Below are positions 9,950 to 19,925 of a stretch of 64,000 bases of DNA, piece by piece. The position numbers were made by a program, and so were the translations under genes. Every line of letters starts with the position of its first letter. The first letter of the stretch is position 1. Source of the DNA: Burkholderiales bacterium (GTDB taxonomy: Bacteria > Pseudomonadota > Gammaproteobacteria > Burkholderiales > WYBJ01); assembly GCA_022841915.1 (NCBI GenBank), contig JALHQN010000016.1, positions 17,859 to 81,858 of the forward strand, given 5' to 3'. The notes under the pieces are model-generated. The model had not been told where the DNA came from. It was given only the letters and a program-made list of their open reading frames with translations, and made no database searches.

Positions 9950-10825
9950 CTATCCCGGAGTGCGCGCGAAGGCACGCGCCGTGCGCTCGCGGCCAAGCGC
10001 AATGAGTTCCTTGGCCCGCCAGAATTCGTGATATGCGCAAGCGTTGCGGGGCACCTCGATCGTGACGTCCGGAGAATAGGCCGCGAGCTTGAGACGAGCG
10101 ATCGTCGCCTGCATCGCCTCCATCGAGGCGAAGACGACCTCGCTCGTGCCCAGGGTAGGCGCAACCGGCGCCCCGCTGTTCGGAAACAGCCCCTCGATGA
10201 AGCGCCCGATGCGCCGTCGATAGTCGCTCCCCGCGTCTTCGGGTAGCACAGGCGGATCGACCAGCGCTTCGGCCCGCCCGTTGAGATCGACCGCGATGGT
10301 GAGATCCGTCGTATCGTTCAAAGTGGGCGCGATCGGAATCGGGTTGACCAAGGCGCCATCGAGCAGGCGGCGGCCGTTGTGCTGCGAGGGCGTGAACACC
10401 AGCGGCGTCGAAATCGAGGCCCGGATGGCGTCGAACAGCTTGCCTTCGCGCAACCAGACTTCCTTGCCGGTATCGAGATCGGTGGCGACGGCGGTATAGG
10501 CGATGGACAGATCCCGGATATCGCAGTCACCGATGAGATCGCGCAGCACGCCCATGATCCGATCACCCTTGATGAACCCGGTGCGGGCGAACGAGGGGTC
10601 GAGCAGGCGCAGGACATCCAAACGCTCGAGCGCGCTCACCCACTCGGTGTAGAGGTGCAGCTTGCCGGTCGCGTAGATGCCGCCGATGAGCGCGCCCATC
10701 GACGAGCCAGCAATGGAGCGCACAGCGTATCCATTCTCGCCGAGCCAATCGAGCACGCCGATATGCGCATAGCCCCGTGCGCCCCCGCTGCCGAGGACCA
10801 GCGACACCGTCGAGGGTCTGTCCAT
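9950..10825 (-). CDS. Patatin-like phospholipase (RssA-like)
   Basis: Oxyanion motif LGSGGARG, nucleophile elbow GSSMG and the catalytic Asp motif DGAL are present. The protein is 291 aa. Confidence 0.85.
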   Translation of the reverse strand: MDRPSTVSLVLGSGGARGYAHIGVLDWLGENGYAVRSIAGSSMGALIGGIYATGKLHLYTEWVSALERLDVLRLLDPSFARTGFIKGDRIMGVLRDLIGDCDIRDLSIAYTAVATDLDTGKEVWLREGKLFDAIRASISTPLVFTPSQHNGRRLLDGALVNPIPIAPTLNDTTDLTIAVDLNGRAEALVDPPVLPEDAGSDYRRRIGRFIEGLFPNSGAPVAPTLGTSEVVFASMEAMQATIARLKLAAYSPDVTIEVPRNACAYHEFWRAKELIALGRERTARAFARTPG

Positions 10826-10969
10826 ACGCTTCCTGAAGAACGAAGAGCCGCCATGATACGCGCGCCCGCCCAGGTGCGAAGCCAGAGTGGCTGGGCCGGC
10901 GAGGGTGGCCGCCCCGGGGAAGACACCCGCCCGTTGCGACTTCTTCTTTGGGGAGCGGGGTTCAAGCTG

Positions 10970-11551
10970 CTACTGGCGCTCGGACCGATGCAGCGCGGGC
11001 GCGATCTCGGCGTCGCCCACACCCCGGGCGGTGTGTCGCAGGGCCTCCCGCCCGCTGTCGGCAGTGACCGCCAGCACGACGCGGATGTTTTCCCAACGGA
11101 CTTCCGGAGAACGCTCCGGGCGCACGCCGCCGGCTTTCTCCACCCCCACCCCGTGGCGGTACACGAGCTGCCCGCCAAGATAGGCCGTATAGTTCATCGC
11201 GACCACACCCGCGACCCCCGCCGCGAGATACCCCAGGCTGGGCGTCTGCGAGCGCGCTCGCATCAAGGCCAGGACGCCCGTCAAGGCGACCAGTCCGAGG
11301 TTCAGGTTTCGATGGGTCACCAAGGTCTCGTGGGCCTCTCGATCGACTTCGACCGCTCCCGGAGCGACCAACCCCGCCGTCGCCGCCACCGCGCCGCTGG
11401 CCGCAGCGATCGGCATCATCCGCGCACCCGCACGCATCCAACTTCGCTTGCCGGTGAGCCGGCCGATCAAGTCGAGCAACAGCGACGCCGGTATCAGGAC
11501 CAAAGGGAAATGGACGAGCGAAGGATGGATCTCATGAATGCGCAGGGTCAT
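10970..11551 (-). CDS. DUF2231-family integral membrane protein
   Basis: ATG 11551 follows a GGAGG SD. The N-terminal HPSLVHFPLVLIP motif and four predicted TM segments are present. Confidence 0.65.
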   Translation of the reverse strand: MTLRIHEIHPSLVHFPLVLIPASLLLDLIGRLTGKRSWMRAGARMMPIAAASGAVAATAGLVAPGAVEVDREAHETLVTHRNLNLGLVALTGVLALMRARSQTPSLGYLAAGVAGVVAMNYTAYLGGQLVYRHGVGVEKAGGVRPERSPEVRWENIRVVLAVTADSGREALRHTARGVGDAEIAPALHRSERQ

Positions 11552-11789
11552 GGCAGGCCTCCGGATCGAAGATGCGGAATCGCTCGCAAAACTCACACCC
11601 TCTTCGCTGCCGGGCTTTGCCTTCATCGCGTTTCCGGACCCGCGGCGCAGTGTCGGGCATGCGCGGCAAAGCCATCGGCACCGCGTTGCGGTGACCGATC
11701 CGGCGGCAGATATCGCCCGCGCGCAATGACAACGGAGCCCGAGTCGTAGACAATTGGCTTCTTGCCACGTGTGGATGGAGGGGAGCCAA

Positions 11790-12653
11790 ATGCGCTACGA
11801 GGCGCCAACGACAACAGAAGGGGCGGTCGCGCTGTTGGCGGCGGCCAACGGCACCGCGAAGGTACTTGCCGGCGGCACGGACCTGATCGTTCAGATGCGC
11901 AGCGGCCGGCTGGCACCGGATCTGGTCGTCGACCTGAAACGCATCCCGGCGCTGACCTCGATCGCGGCCGAGAACGGCGGTTACCGCGTCGGCGCCGCCA
12001 AAGCCTGCATGGAACTGGTGGAGCACGAAGCGTTCGTCAGGGACTGCCCCGGAATTACCGATGCAGTGAAGCTCATCGGCTCGATCCAGGTCAAAGGCCG
12101 CGCAAGCATGGGAGGCAATCTTTGCAACGCCTCGCCCGCCGCGGACAGCACGCCGGCACTGATCGCAGCTCGTGTCACCGCACGCGTCGTCGGCCCGAAC
12201 GGATCACGGGATGTGCCGGTGCAGGAAATCGCGATCGGCCCGGGCAAGACCTCGCTCGGCAAAGGGGAGATTCTCGAGTCCTTCCTGCTGCCCAAGCGCG
12301 CTGCGCGTTCCGGCGACGCCTACCTGCGGTTCACGCCGCGCACGGAGATGGACATCGCCGTCGTCAGCGCGGCGGTCAACCTGACGCTGGACGAGGGCGG
12401 CGTATGCCGCGACGCTTGCGTGAGCCTGGGCGCGGTCGCCGAGCGCGCGCTGGTGGTGCCCGAAGCCGCCGCCGCCTTGATCGGCACAAAAGTCGACGAG
12501 GTGGCCCTCAAGGCACTCGCGGCGGCGGCCAGCGCCGCATGCCGCCCGATCGACGACAAGCGCGGGACCAAAGCATATCGCACCAAGGTGGCCGGCGTGC
12601 TGGCGCGACGGGCCGCTGAAATCGCACTGAATCGGGCAAAGGGGACGAACTGA
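11790..12653 (+). CDS. Molybdenum hydroxylase FAD-binding (medium, CoxM-like) subunit
   Basis: ATG follows a GGAGGGGAG SD. The sequence VLAGGTDLIVQMR and the motif GGNLCNASPAADS are typical of xanthine dehydrogenase family FAD subunits. Confidence 0.85.
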   Translation: MRYEAPTTTEGAVALLAAANGTAKVLAGGTDLIVQMRSGRLAPDLVVDLKRIPALTSIAAENGGYRVGAAKACMELVEHEAFVRDCPGITDAVKLIGSIQVKGRASMGGNLCNASPAADSTPALIAARVTARVVGPNGSRDVPVQEIAIGPGKTSLGKGEILESFLLPKRAARSGDAYLRFTPRTEMDIAVVSAAVNLTLDEGGVCRDACVSLGAVAERALVVPEAAAALIGTKVDEVALKALAAAASAACRPIDDKRGTKAYRTKVAGVLARRAAEIALNRAKGTN

Positions 12654-13129
12654 TGGCCAAGCATCATGTGACGACGACGCTCAACGGCAGCCCCGTCGAG
12701 TATCTGTGCGAGCCGCATCACACGCTGCTCGATGTGTTGCGCGACGATCTGAACCTCACCGGCACCAAGGAAGGCTGCGGCTCGGGCGACTGCGGCGCCT
12801 GCAGCGTGATGCTGGACGGCCGCTTGGTCTGCGCCTGCCTCACCTTCGCCGCCGAATGCAACGGGCGCACCATCGAGACCATCGAAGGCATGGCGAACGG
12901 CACCAAGCTGCATCCCTTGCAGCAAAAGTTTCTGGAACACGCGGCGCTTCAATGCGGCATCTGCACGCCCGGCATGCTGATTTCGGCCAAGGCGCTGCTC
13001 GAGAAGAAGCCGGATCCGACAGAAGAAGAAGTGCGCTACTGGCTCGCGGGCAACCTTTGCCGCTGCACGGGCTACAACAAGATCGTGGAGGCGGTGCTCG
13101 ACGCCGCCGCCGAACTTCGGAGGGCATGA
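12653..13129 (+). CDS. Molybdenum hydroxylase (2Fe-2S) small (CoxS-like) subunit
   Basis: ATGA overlap with the upstream gene. The plant-type cluster GCGSGDCGACSV and the second cluster QCGICTPG...CRCTGY are present. Confidence 0.9.
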   Translation: MAKHHVTTTLNGSPVEYLCEPHHTLLDVLRDDLNLTGTKEGCGSGDCGACSVMLDGRLVCACLTFAAECNGRTIETIEGMANGTKLHPLQQKFLEHAALQCGICTPGMLISAKALLEKKPDPTEEEVRYWLAGNLCRCTGYNKIVEAVLDAAAELRRA

Positions 13130-13130
13130 C

Positions 13131-15407
13131 ATGGCAAACGACGTCAAGTTTCCAGAACGCGAACTGAAAGTCATCGGCACCAGCCCCGTTCGTCCGGACG
13201 GCGTCCCGAAGGTCACGGGCCGCGCCCAATACGGTGCGGACTGGACGCTTCCCGGCATGCTTTGGGCCAAGGTGCTGCGCTCGCCGCACGCGCACGCCCG
13301 CATCCGTTCGATCGACACCTCGGCAGCCGAGGCGTTGCCCGGGGTGAAGGCCGTGGTCACCGGCAAGGACTTCCCCGAACAGAAGTTCGACTACGTCGGC
13401 CCCGAGCGCGTGGCCATCAATTTCTGGCACTTCACGCGTAACGTCATGGCCAAGGAGAAGGCCCTCTTCGACGGCCATCCCGTGGCCGCTGTCGCCGCTG
13501 CAACCAAAGACATCGCCGACGAGGCGCTGAAGCTGATCAAGGTCGACTACGAAGTGTTGCCGCATGTCATCGATGTCGACGAGGCCATGCGGCCCGATGC
13601 GCCGCTGCTGTTCGAAGACATGAAGACGCGCGGTGTCACCCCCGAGCCGACCACGCCCTCGAACATCTCGAAGAAGATCGAGTTCAAGCTCGGCGACCTC
13701 GACGCCGGCTTCAAGATGGCCGACGAGATCGTCGAGATGAGCTACAAGACCAAGCCCGTGCACCAGGGCTACATCGAGCCGCAGTCCACCCTCGCCCGCT
13801 ACGATACCGACGGGCAGGCCGAAATGTGGTCTTCCAGTCAGGGCCACTTCGTCATGCGTACCTTCACGGCGAAGCTGCTCGGCATGCGTGTGGCCGATCT
13901 GCGCGTCCACGCCGCCGAGATCGGCGGCGGGTTCGGCGGCAAGACGATTTGCTACGTCGAACCGATTGCCGTGCTGCTGTCGAAGAAGGCGGGACACCCG
14001 GTCAAGCTCATGACCACCCGTGAGGAGGTCTTCCGTGCGACCGGGCCGACCTCGGGCGCCTCGATGACGATCAAGATCGGCGCCACGAAGGACGGAAAGA
14101 TCGTCGCCGCCCAAGGCATCTACAAATATCAGGCCGGCGCCTTCCCCGGCTCGCCTGTCATGAACGCCTGCATGTGCGGGTTCGCGCCCTACGACATACC
14201 GAACGCCCATGCGGTGGGCTACGACGTGGTGTGCAACCGCCCGAAAGCGGTCGCGTACCGCGCGCCCGGATCGCCCATCTCCGCCTTCGCGGTCGAGAGC
14301 ACGCTCGATGCGCTCGCCAGCAAGCTCGGCCTCGATCCGATCGATTTCCGCCTCAAGAACATCGCGCGGCCCGGCACCCAGATGCTCTCCGGCGGCAAGC
14401 TGGCCCATGCCGGCTTCGCCGAGACGCTGCAAGCCCTGCAGAAGCATCCCGCCTACAAGAGCAAGCTCGGCAAGAATCAGGGCCGGGGCGTCGCCTGCGG
14501 CTACTGGTTCAACGGCGGCGGCGAATCGAGCGCCACGGTGCACGTGAACGAGGATGGCACGGTGGTCGTTTCGACCGGCAGCCCGGACATCGGCGGCTCG
14601 CGCGCCTCCATGGCGCTCATGGCTGCCGAGACGCTGGGCATCGATTACGAAAGCGTGCGCCCCATCATCGCTGACACGAACTCGGTCGGCTATACCCAGG
14701 CGACGGGGGGCTCGCGCGTCACCTTCGCCACCGGCATGACCGTCATCAACGCCTGCAACAAGGTCGTCGACGAGCTGTGCGCCCGTGCCGCCAAGATCTG
14801 GAAGATCGACCGTGCCGACGTGATCTGGGAGAACGGTCATGCGCGCCCGGCCGGCGGCCGTGCCGGCGAATTCGAACCCATGTCGCTGAAGGCGATCGCC
14901 GCCAAACGCGCGGCCACGGGCGGGCCGATCACGGTGTCTGCATCGGTCAACGCCGAAGGCCAGGCGCCTGGCTTTTCCGCACAGTTCGCCGATGTCGAAG
15001 TCGACACGGACACCGGCCACGTCAAGATCCTGCGTTACGTCGCAGCCCAGGATGTCGGCCGGGCGATTCATCCGGCCTATGTCGAAGGCCAGATACACGG
15101 GGGCGTCGTCCAGGGCATCGGCTGGGCGCTGAACGAAGAGTACATCTACGACAAGAACGGCCACCTGGAGAACCCGGGATTTCTCGACTACCGCATCCCC
15201 GTGTGCTCGGATGTGCCCATGATCGAAGCCATCATCGTGGAAGTGCCCAACCCCGTGCACCCTTACGGCGTGAAGGGCGTGGCCGAGGCGAACATCGTCC
15301 CGCCCATGGCCGCCATCGCGAACGCCATCGACAAGGCCACAGGCACGCGCCTCACCGACCTGCCGATGTCTCCGCCCAAGGTGCTAGCCGCTCTCGACGC
15401 CGGTTGA
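13131..15407 (+). CDS. Molybdopterin-binding large (CoxL-like) subunit of a xanthine dehydrogenase/aldehyde oxidase family enzyme
   Basis: 758-aa protein with typical motifs (GGGFGGK, AYRAPGSP, GGSR, VHPYGVKGVAE). The active-site loop reads AVAYRAPG rather than the CODH signatures. Confidence 0.85.
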   Translation: MANDVKFPERELKVIGTSPVRPDGVPKVTGRAQYGADWTLPGMLWAKVLRSPHAHARIRSIDTSAAEALPGVKAVVTGKDFPEQKFDYVGPERVAINFWHFTRNVMAKEKALFDGHPVAAVAAATKDIADEALKLIKVDYEVLPHVIDVDEAMRPDAPLLFEDMKTRGVTPEPTTPSNISKKIEFKLGDLDAGFKMADEIVEMSYKTKPVHQGYIEPQSTLARYDTDGQAEMWSSSQGHFVMRTFTAKLLGMRVADLRVHAAEIGGGFGGKTICYVEPIAVLLSKKAGHPVKLMTTREEVFRATGPTSGASMTIKIGATKDGKIVAAQGIYKYQAGAFPGSPVMNACMCGFAPYDIPNAHAVGYDVVCNRPKAVAYRAPGSPISAFAVESTLDALASKLGLDPIDFRLKNIARPGTQMLSGGKLAHAGFAETLQALQKHPAYKSKLGKNQGRGVACGYWFNGGGESSATVHVNEDGTVVVSTGSPDIGGSRASMALMAAETLGIDYESVRPIIADTNSVGYTQATGGSRVTFATGMTVINACNKVVDELCARAAKIWKIDRADVIWENGHARPAGGRAGEFEPMSLKAIAAKRAATGGPITVSASVNAEGQAPGFSAQFADVEVDTDTGHVKILRYVAAQDVGRAIHPAYVEGQIHGGVVQGIGWALNEEYIYDKNGHLENPGFLDYRIPVCSDVPMIEAIIVEVPNPVHPYGVKGVAEANIVPPMAAIANAIDKATGTRLTDLPMSPPKVLAALDAG

Positions 15408-15451
15408 TTGCCACGGGGCGCTCGCGTCCCGTCACCGAGCAGCATCGCCCA

Positions 15452-15487
15452 CGCGGCGCCGTCCCCAGACGAGCGCCGCGTTTTTTC
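15452..15487 (+). terminator. Rho-independent terminator after the Mo-hydroxylase operon
   Basis: CGCGGCGC (15452-15459) pairs with GCGCCGCG (15473-15480) around a 13-nt loop. The stem is followed by TTTTTT (15481-15486). Confidence 0.7.
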
Positions 15488-15518
15488 TGGCCCAGGTCGA
15501 AGCGAGCGCTGCGAACGC

Positions 15519-15548
15519 TTGCTCGCCATACGTCCTGGGCCCTACAAT
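15519..15548 (+). promoter_or_regulatory. Sigma-70-like promoter and operator-like AT-rich inverted repeats upstream of the Xre/RES pair
   Basis: TTGCTC (15519-15524), an 18-nt spacer, then TACAAT (15543-15548). ACAAT (15545-15549) and ATTGT (15564-15568) are inverted repeats in an unusually AT-rich stretch just upstream of the antitoxin start. Confidence 0.4.
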
Positions 15549-15587
15549 TGCTACACCGTTTGTATTGTTTGATACGAGGAGTGCGGC

Positions 15588-15992
15588 TTGAGTGCAGTGT
15601 TCGAGCAGGTCGGCGCCATCGATCTCCATCAGCGCGACCAGCGAGGCAGGCTTGCCAGAATGGTCGTGAAGCTGTTCGATCACTGGCAGCTATCAGCGCC
15701 GGATCAGGCGACCTTGCTCGGCTTGTCGGCCGAGTCGCGCGCCACCGTCGCCCGTTACCGCAAGGGCGAGCCGCTTGCCGACAGCACGGACCTGCTGGCC
15801 CGCACGGGACATCTGCTCGGCATCCACAAGGCCCTGCGCATCATGTTTCCGCATGATCGCGATCTGGCCTATCGCTGGATTACGACCCCGAACCGTCGCT
15901 TCGGCGATCGCATGCCGTTGGAAATCATGCGTCAGGGCTACGAGGGGATCCTCGCCGTGCGCCGATTTCTCGATTTCGAGCGCGGCCGCTAG
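15588..15992 (+). CDS. Xre/MbcA/ParS-type antitoxin (DUF2384 toxin-binding domain)
   Basis: TTG start lies 6 nt after a GAGGAG SD. The C-terminal region (WITTPNRRFGDRMPLEIMRQGYEGILAVRRFLD) matches the DUF2384 antitoxin pattern. A RES-domain gene lies downstream. Confidence 0.7.
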   Translation: MSAVFEQVGAIDLHQRDQRGRLARMVVKLFDHWQLSAPDQATLLGLSAESRATVARYRKGEPLADSTDLLARTGHLLGIHKALRIMFPHDRDLAYRWITTPNRRFGDRMPLEIMRQGYEGILAVRRFLDFERGR

Positions 15993-16189
15993 CGCCCTGA
16001 GTCGGAAATTCGCTGAACAAAAGCGCCGGGAATCGACGCCATGCTTTGGCGGAAATCCTCGCCAAGCGTCCAACCTGGCTGCGTTTTCCTTCGCGTCCGA
16101 CGCCGATTTCGACCCTTTTGCCCCTTCCACACCGTCGGCACCGTTCGGCCATTCCTCAACGAATCTCTGACTCAGGACACTAGCGCGTC

Positions 16190-16897
16190 GTGTACGGCGA
16201 ACTGCTCACCACCATCGTCGACCACCACGACGACCTGGTCCGCAACATCAAGGGCATCCGCGTCTCGCAGGACCTGTACGACGATCTGTCGGACGAGATC
16301 GAAGACTGGAAAGTCGCAGTCGCTGCCGAATCCGCAGCCTGGATTCCGAGCCCTGCCCCGCTCGTCACGCGACCGTTCGACTACGGCGCCGTCATCACCT
16401 ACCCGTTCCTCAATCTGAATATCCAGGGCACGCGCTTCTCCGACGGGCTGGAATACGGCGTCTGGTACGGATCCCTCGACCTCGAGACGACGGTCTACGA
16501 GACTGTGCACCATTGGTCTGCGTTCGTCGCCGACAGCTTTCCCGACGAGGATCGGGAGATCGTGGCCGAACGGCGCATCCTGCGCACACGCTGCGATGCG
16601 ATCATGATCGACTTGCGCGGCAAGGAGCGCGTCGAGAAGCGCCTCGTGGACCGCAGCGACTACGGTTACGCTCAACAGCTGGGCCGCTACCTCAAGCGCC
16701 AGCATCAAAACGGGCTGCTCGTCCGATCGGCGCGCGGTCCAGGCACGAACGCCGCCGTGTTTCTCCCCGACGTGCTGTCCGACGTTCGGGATCTATGCTT
16801 CCTTACCTACCGCATGAACCCCACCCGGGACCAAGTGCGCGTCGAGCGCACGCCCGGGCGCAAATGGCTGGAGATCGCGCCCAGTCGGATGCGCTGA
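16190..16897 (+). CDS. RES-domain toxin (NAD+-targeting MbcT/ParT family)
   Basis: The R-E-S signature is spaced as expected: GTRFSDG, GSLDLETTVYE and LLVRSARGPGTNAAVF. GTG start, with an in-frame TAG three codons upstream (16181-16183). Confidence 0.7.
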   Translation: MYGELLTTIVDHHDDLVRNIKGIRVSQDLYDDLSDEIEDWKVAVAAESAAWIPSPAPLVTRPFDYGAVITYPFLNLNIQGTRFSDGLEYGVWYGSLDLETTVYETVHHWSAFVADSFPDEDREIVAERRILRTRCDAIMIDLRGKERVEKRLVDRSDYGYAQQLGRYLKRQHQNGLLVRSARGPGTNAAVFLPDVLSDVRDLCFLTYRMNPTRDQVRVERTPGRKWLEIAPSRMR

Positions 16898-17086
16898 TTT
16901 CCGCCCTGCGCCGCATTTTCGACACGCTCGGCGCAGGCAACGTGGGAGCTTTTTGGCTATCCTCGGGACTCTGGCACGACACCCCTTCGACGTCGCCTCG
17001 ATTCCCGCGCTGCCCCAAGCGACGTGCAGGACATCGAGCACGCACAACAACAGGGGCCGTGCATGACAACGAGCTGAGGAGACACC

Positions 17087-19321
17087 ATGGCAGAGGCCGA
17101 CGCCCTCGACGGCATACGCGTCATCGATTTCGGACAATACATCGCCGGCCCGATGGCAGGCATGCTGCTTGCCGACTTCGGCGCCGATGTGATTCGCGTG
17201 GATCCGCCTGGAGGGCCACGCTACCGGACCGCGGCCAACGCCACCTGGAACCGCGGCAAGCGCAGCATCGTGCTGGATCTCAAGCAGCCCGCGGATCTCG
17301 CCACGGCGCGCAAGCTCATTGCGTCCGCCGATGTCGTCATCGAGAACTTCCGACCCGGCGTCATGGACCGCCTGGGCCTGGGCGCCAAGGCCATGACCGA
17401 AGCCCACCCTCGGCTGATCTACTGCTCGCTGCCCGGCTTCGGCAGCGACGATCCGCGTGCCGGCATGCGCGCTTGGGAAGGCGTGGTGGCGGCCGCATCG
17501 GGCTGCTACAGCTCCAACGCGTACCTGGAGAACGATACGCGGCCGGTCTACACCGCCGTGCCGTTCTCGTCGGCGTTCGGCGCCTTTCTGGGCGTCGTTG
17601 CCATCGCTGCGTGCCTGAATGCGCGCGAGCGCAGCGGTCAGGGCCAGGCAATCGAAGTGCCGCTGTTCAACGCGACCTTCAGCGCCTTCAGCGGCAAGGT
17701 GATGCGCGTAGTCGGCGAGCCCGAGCCCGGCATCACCACGCGCTGGTCGCACGTCCGCTGCAAGGACGGACAGTGGCTCATGTACCTGGCCAATCGGCTG
17801 AACAAGCATCTTCTGGAGTTGCCCGAGATGGCGCCATGGCGTGATGCAGCCCTGAGCCCGGAGCAGCTCGACGAGAAGCTGCAGGCGCTGTTCCGCACGC
17901 GCACCGCGTCGGACTGGGAGGATTTCTGCGCCAGCGTCGGGCTCGAGGGCATCGCCTGCATCCATGGCAAGGACTGGCTGCATCATCCGCTGGCGGAGGA
18001 AACGGGCACGGTCGCCGACTTCGACGATCCGGAACTCGGCCGCTTTCGGGGCTACAACATCAATCCGCGCCTGTCGGCCACCCCGGGACGGGTTCGCGCC
18101 CCCCGGGCGAAGCTCGACGAGCATCGCGATCAGATCCTGAGAGAAATCGAAACGCCGCGCCCCTCCCCCGCTGCCTCGACGCGTGCGCTGCTGCGGGGCG
18201 CTCTGGAAGGCGTGAAGGTGGTCGATCTGGGCATCATCCTAGCCAGCCCCACCGCCGGACGCACACTGGCGGAGTTCGGCGCCGACGTGATCAAGATCGA
18301 CAGTGCGCACCGCAATCCGGTGAACTGGCACAACGACGTCAACCGCGCCAAGCGGATGATTCTTCTGGACCTGAAAAAGCCGGCCGGACTGGAGATCTTC
18401 TGGAAGCTGATGGCAGACGCCGACGTCATGCTGGAGAACTTCCGCATGGGGGTCGCGGACAAGCTGGGGATCGGCTATGAAGCCGCCCGGGAGCGCAATC
18501 CGGGCATCGTGTACTCGTCCGTGAACGCCTACGGCCGTCCGGGCAAGTACGCCAAGCGCCCCGGGCGCGAAGTGCTCGCCCAGGGAATCGCCGGCATGCA
18601 GCTGCGGCTGGGTAGCGAGGTGCCCGTCATCAACCCGTTCAACGGCTGCGATTACTGCACCGGCTTGATGTCCGTCTACGGCATTCTTTTGTCATTGTTC
18701 GCGCGCCGACGCACCGGCCGCGGCCAATGGGTCAACAGCGCGCTCATCTACGGCGCCACCTTGCTGCAGACGAATCTGCTGCAGGACTACGCGGGCAAAG
18801 TCTGGGACGAACCGCACGGCCAGGATTGCCTCGGCACCGGCCCCCTGTACCGTGCCTACGAGTGCGCAGACGGCTGGATATTCGTGGCCGCGCATGACTG
18901 CGGCATCGGCAGCTGCGAGGAACTGGCGGATCTGCGTGACCTGTCGGGCACCGAACTGGAACGCGCGCTCGAGCAGCGCTTGCGTGAGCGCCGCGCCGCC
19001 GAGTGGATCGATTTGCTGACGCGCGCGGGCATCGCCGCTCAGCCGGTCGCCATGAAGCTCACGGCGCTGACGGAAGACCCGATCGTGCGCAGCCTCGGGC
19101 TGGCGATCACGCGGGAGCACGCCGAGCTCGGCATGGTGACGACCGTCGCTCCGGGCATCAAGCTCTCGCGCACGCCCGTCACGGCCGGATGTCCCGCACC
19201 CAAGCCCGGCGCGGACGCCGCAGAACTTCTGGGCGAGATCGGCATGAGCGACCAGCTCGAACGCTTGGTGCACGAGGGCGTCGTGGTGGTGGACGGCATC
19301 AAGGCGGGTGGCGCATCCTAG
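17087..19321 (+). CDS. Tandem-domain family III (CaiB/BaiF) CoA-transferase
   Basis: Two copies of the N-terminal family III motif are present: IRVIDFGQYIAGPMAGMLLADFGADVIRVDPPGG and VKVVDLGIILASPTAGRTLAEFGADVIKIDSAH. A GAGGAG SD precedes the ATG. Confidence 0.85.
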   Translation: MAEADALDGIRVIDFGQYIAGPMAGMLLADFGADVIRVDPPGGPRYRTAANATWNRGKRSIVLDLKQPADLATARKLIASADVVIENFRPGVMDRLGLGAKAMTEAHPRLIYCSLPGFGSDDPRAGMRAWEGVVAAASGCYSSNAYLENDTRPVYTAVPFSSAFGAFLGVVAIAACLNARERSGQGQAIEVPLFNATFSAFSGKVMRVVGEPEPGITTRWSHVRCKDGQWLMYLANRLNKHLLELPEMAPWRDAALSPEQLDEKLQALFRTRTASDWEDFCASVGLEGIACIHGKDWLHHPLAEETGTVADFDDPELGRFRGYNINPRLSATPGRVRAPRAKLDEHRDQILREIETPRPSPAASTRALLRGALEGVKVVDLGIILASPTAGRTLAEFGADVIKIDSAHRNPVNWHNDVNRAKRMILLDLKKPAGLEIFWKLMADADVMLENFRMGVADKLGIGYEAARERNPGIVYSSVNAYGRPGKYAKRPGREVLAQGIAGMQLRLGSEVPVINPFNGCDYCTGLMSVYGILLSLFARRRTGRGQWVNSALIYGATLLQTNLLQDYAGKVWDEPHGQDCLGTGPLYRAYECADGWIFVAAHDCGIGSCEELADLRDLSGTELERALEQRLRERRAAEWIDLLTRAGIAAQPVAMKLTALTEDPIVRSLGLAITREHAELGMVTTVAPGIKLSRTPVTAGCPAPKPGADAAELLGEIGMSDQLERLVHEGVVVVDGIKAGGAS

Positions 19322-19401
19322 CGCAGACGCAGGTCGTCGCGCTTACGCAGCGACGGCCTTTCCATTCCCCGCGCAACGATCCATCCCCGGAGGCCAGCAT
19401 C

Positions 19402-19851
19402 ATGAGCGACACCTTTGCCATCGAACTGACGCAGCAGGCCGACTACCGGTTCGAGATCCGGTTCGACAACGCGAACGTCCCGCACCTGCTCACCGACGAG
19501 CCCGCGCCTTTGGGACAGGACTCCGGACCGAACCCGTCGCGGCTGTTGCTTGCCTCGGTCGCCAACTGCCTGTCGGCCAGCCTGCTGTTCGCGATGCGCA
19601 AATTCAAGAACGAACCCGGTCCGCTGCGCGCCACGGCGACGGCCAGCGTCGCGCGCAACGCGCAGAACCGGCTGCGCATCGCCTCGATGACGGTCGAGAT
19701 CCATCTGGGCGTCGCCAAGGACGCGGTCTCGATGCTTGATCGCATCCTGGCGCAGTTCGAGGAATTCTGCGTGGTGACACAGAGCGTGCGCTCCGCCATC
19801 CCCGTCGAGGTGCGAGTGCTCGACAAGGACGGTTTGCTGCTCAAGCAGTGA
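19402..19851 (+). CDS. OsmC/Ohr-family protein
   Basis: 149-aa protein with ATG after a GGAGG SD. It shows the OsmC-like pattern (GPNPSRLLLASVANCLSASL...FCVVTQS) with the two conserved Cys positions. Confidence 0.75.
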   Translation: MSDTFAIELTQQADYRFEIRFDNANVPHLLTDEPAPLGQDSGPNPSRLLLASVANCLSASLLFAMRKFKNEPGPLRATATASVARNAQNRLRIASMTVEIHLGVAKDAVSMLDRILAQFEEFCVVTQSVRSAIPVEVRVLDKDGLLLKQ

Positions 19852-19925
19852 CCGCCCCGAGCCCGACCTGCCCCGCCGCCGAATGACGATATCGGGCGCG
19901 CTGGCAGCCTGCGCTTGAATTCGGC

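Noticed and set aside
9950-10825. The patatin-like lipase as a CBASS/defence effector.
   Set aside because: There is no cyclase, no other defence partner and no island context. It is co-transcribed with a cytochrome c gene and looks like a housekeeping RssA-type lipase.
11790-15407. Calling the coxMSL-like genes a carbon monoxide dehydrogenase.
   Set aside because: The large subunit lacks the CODH active-site loop signatures, and no cox accessory genes are present.
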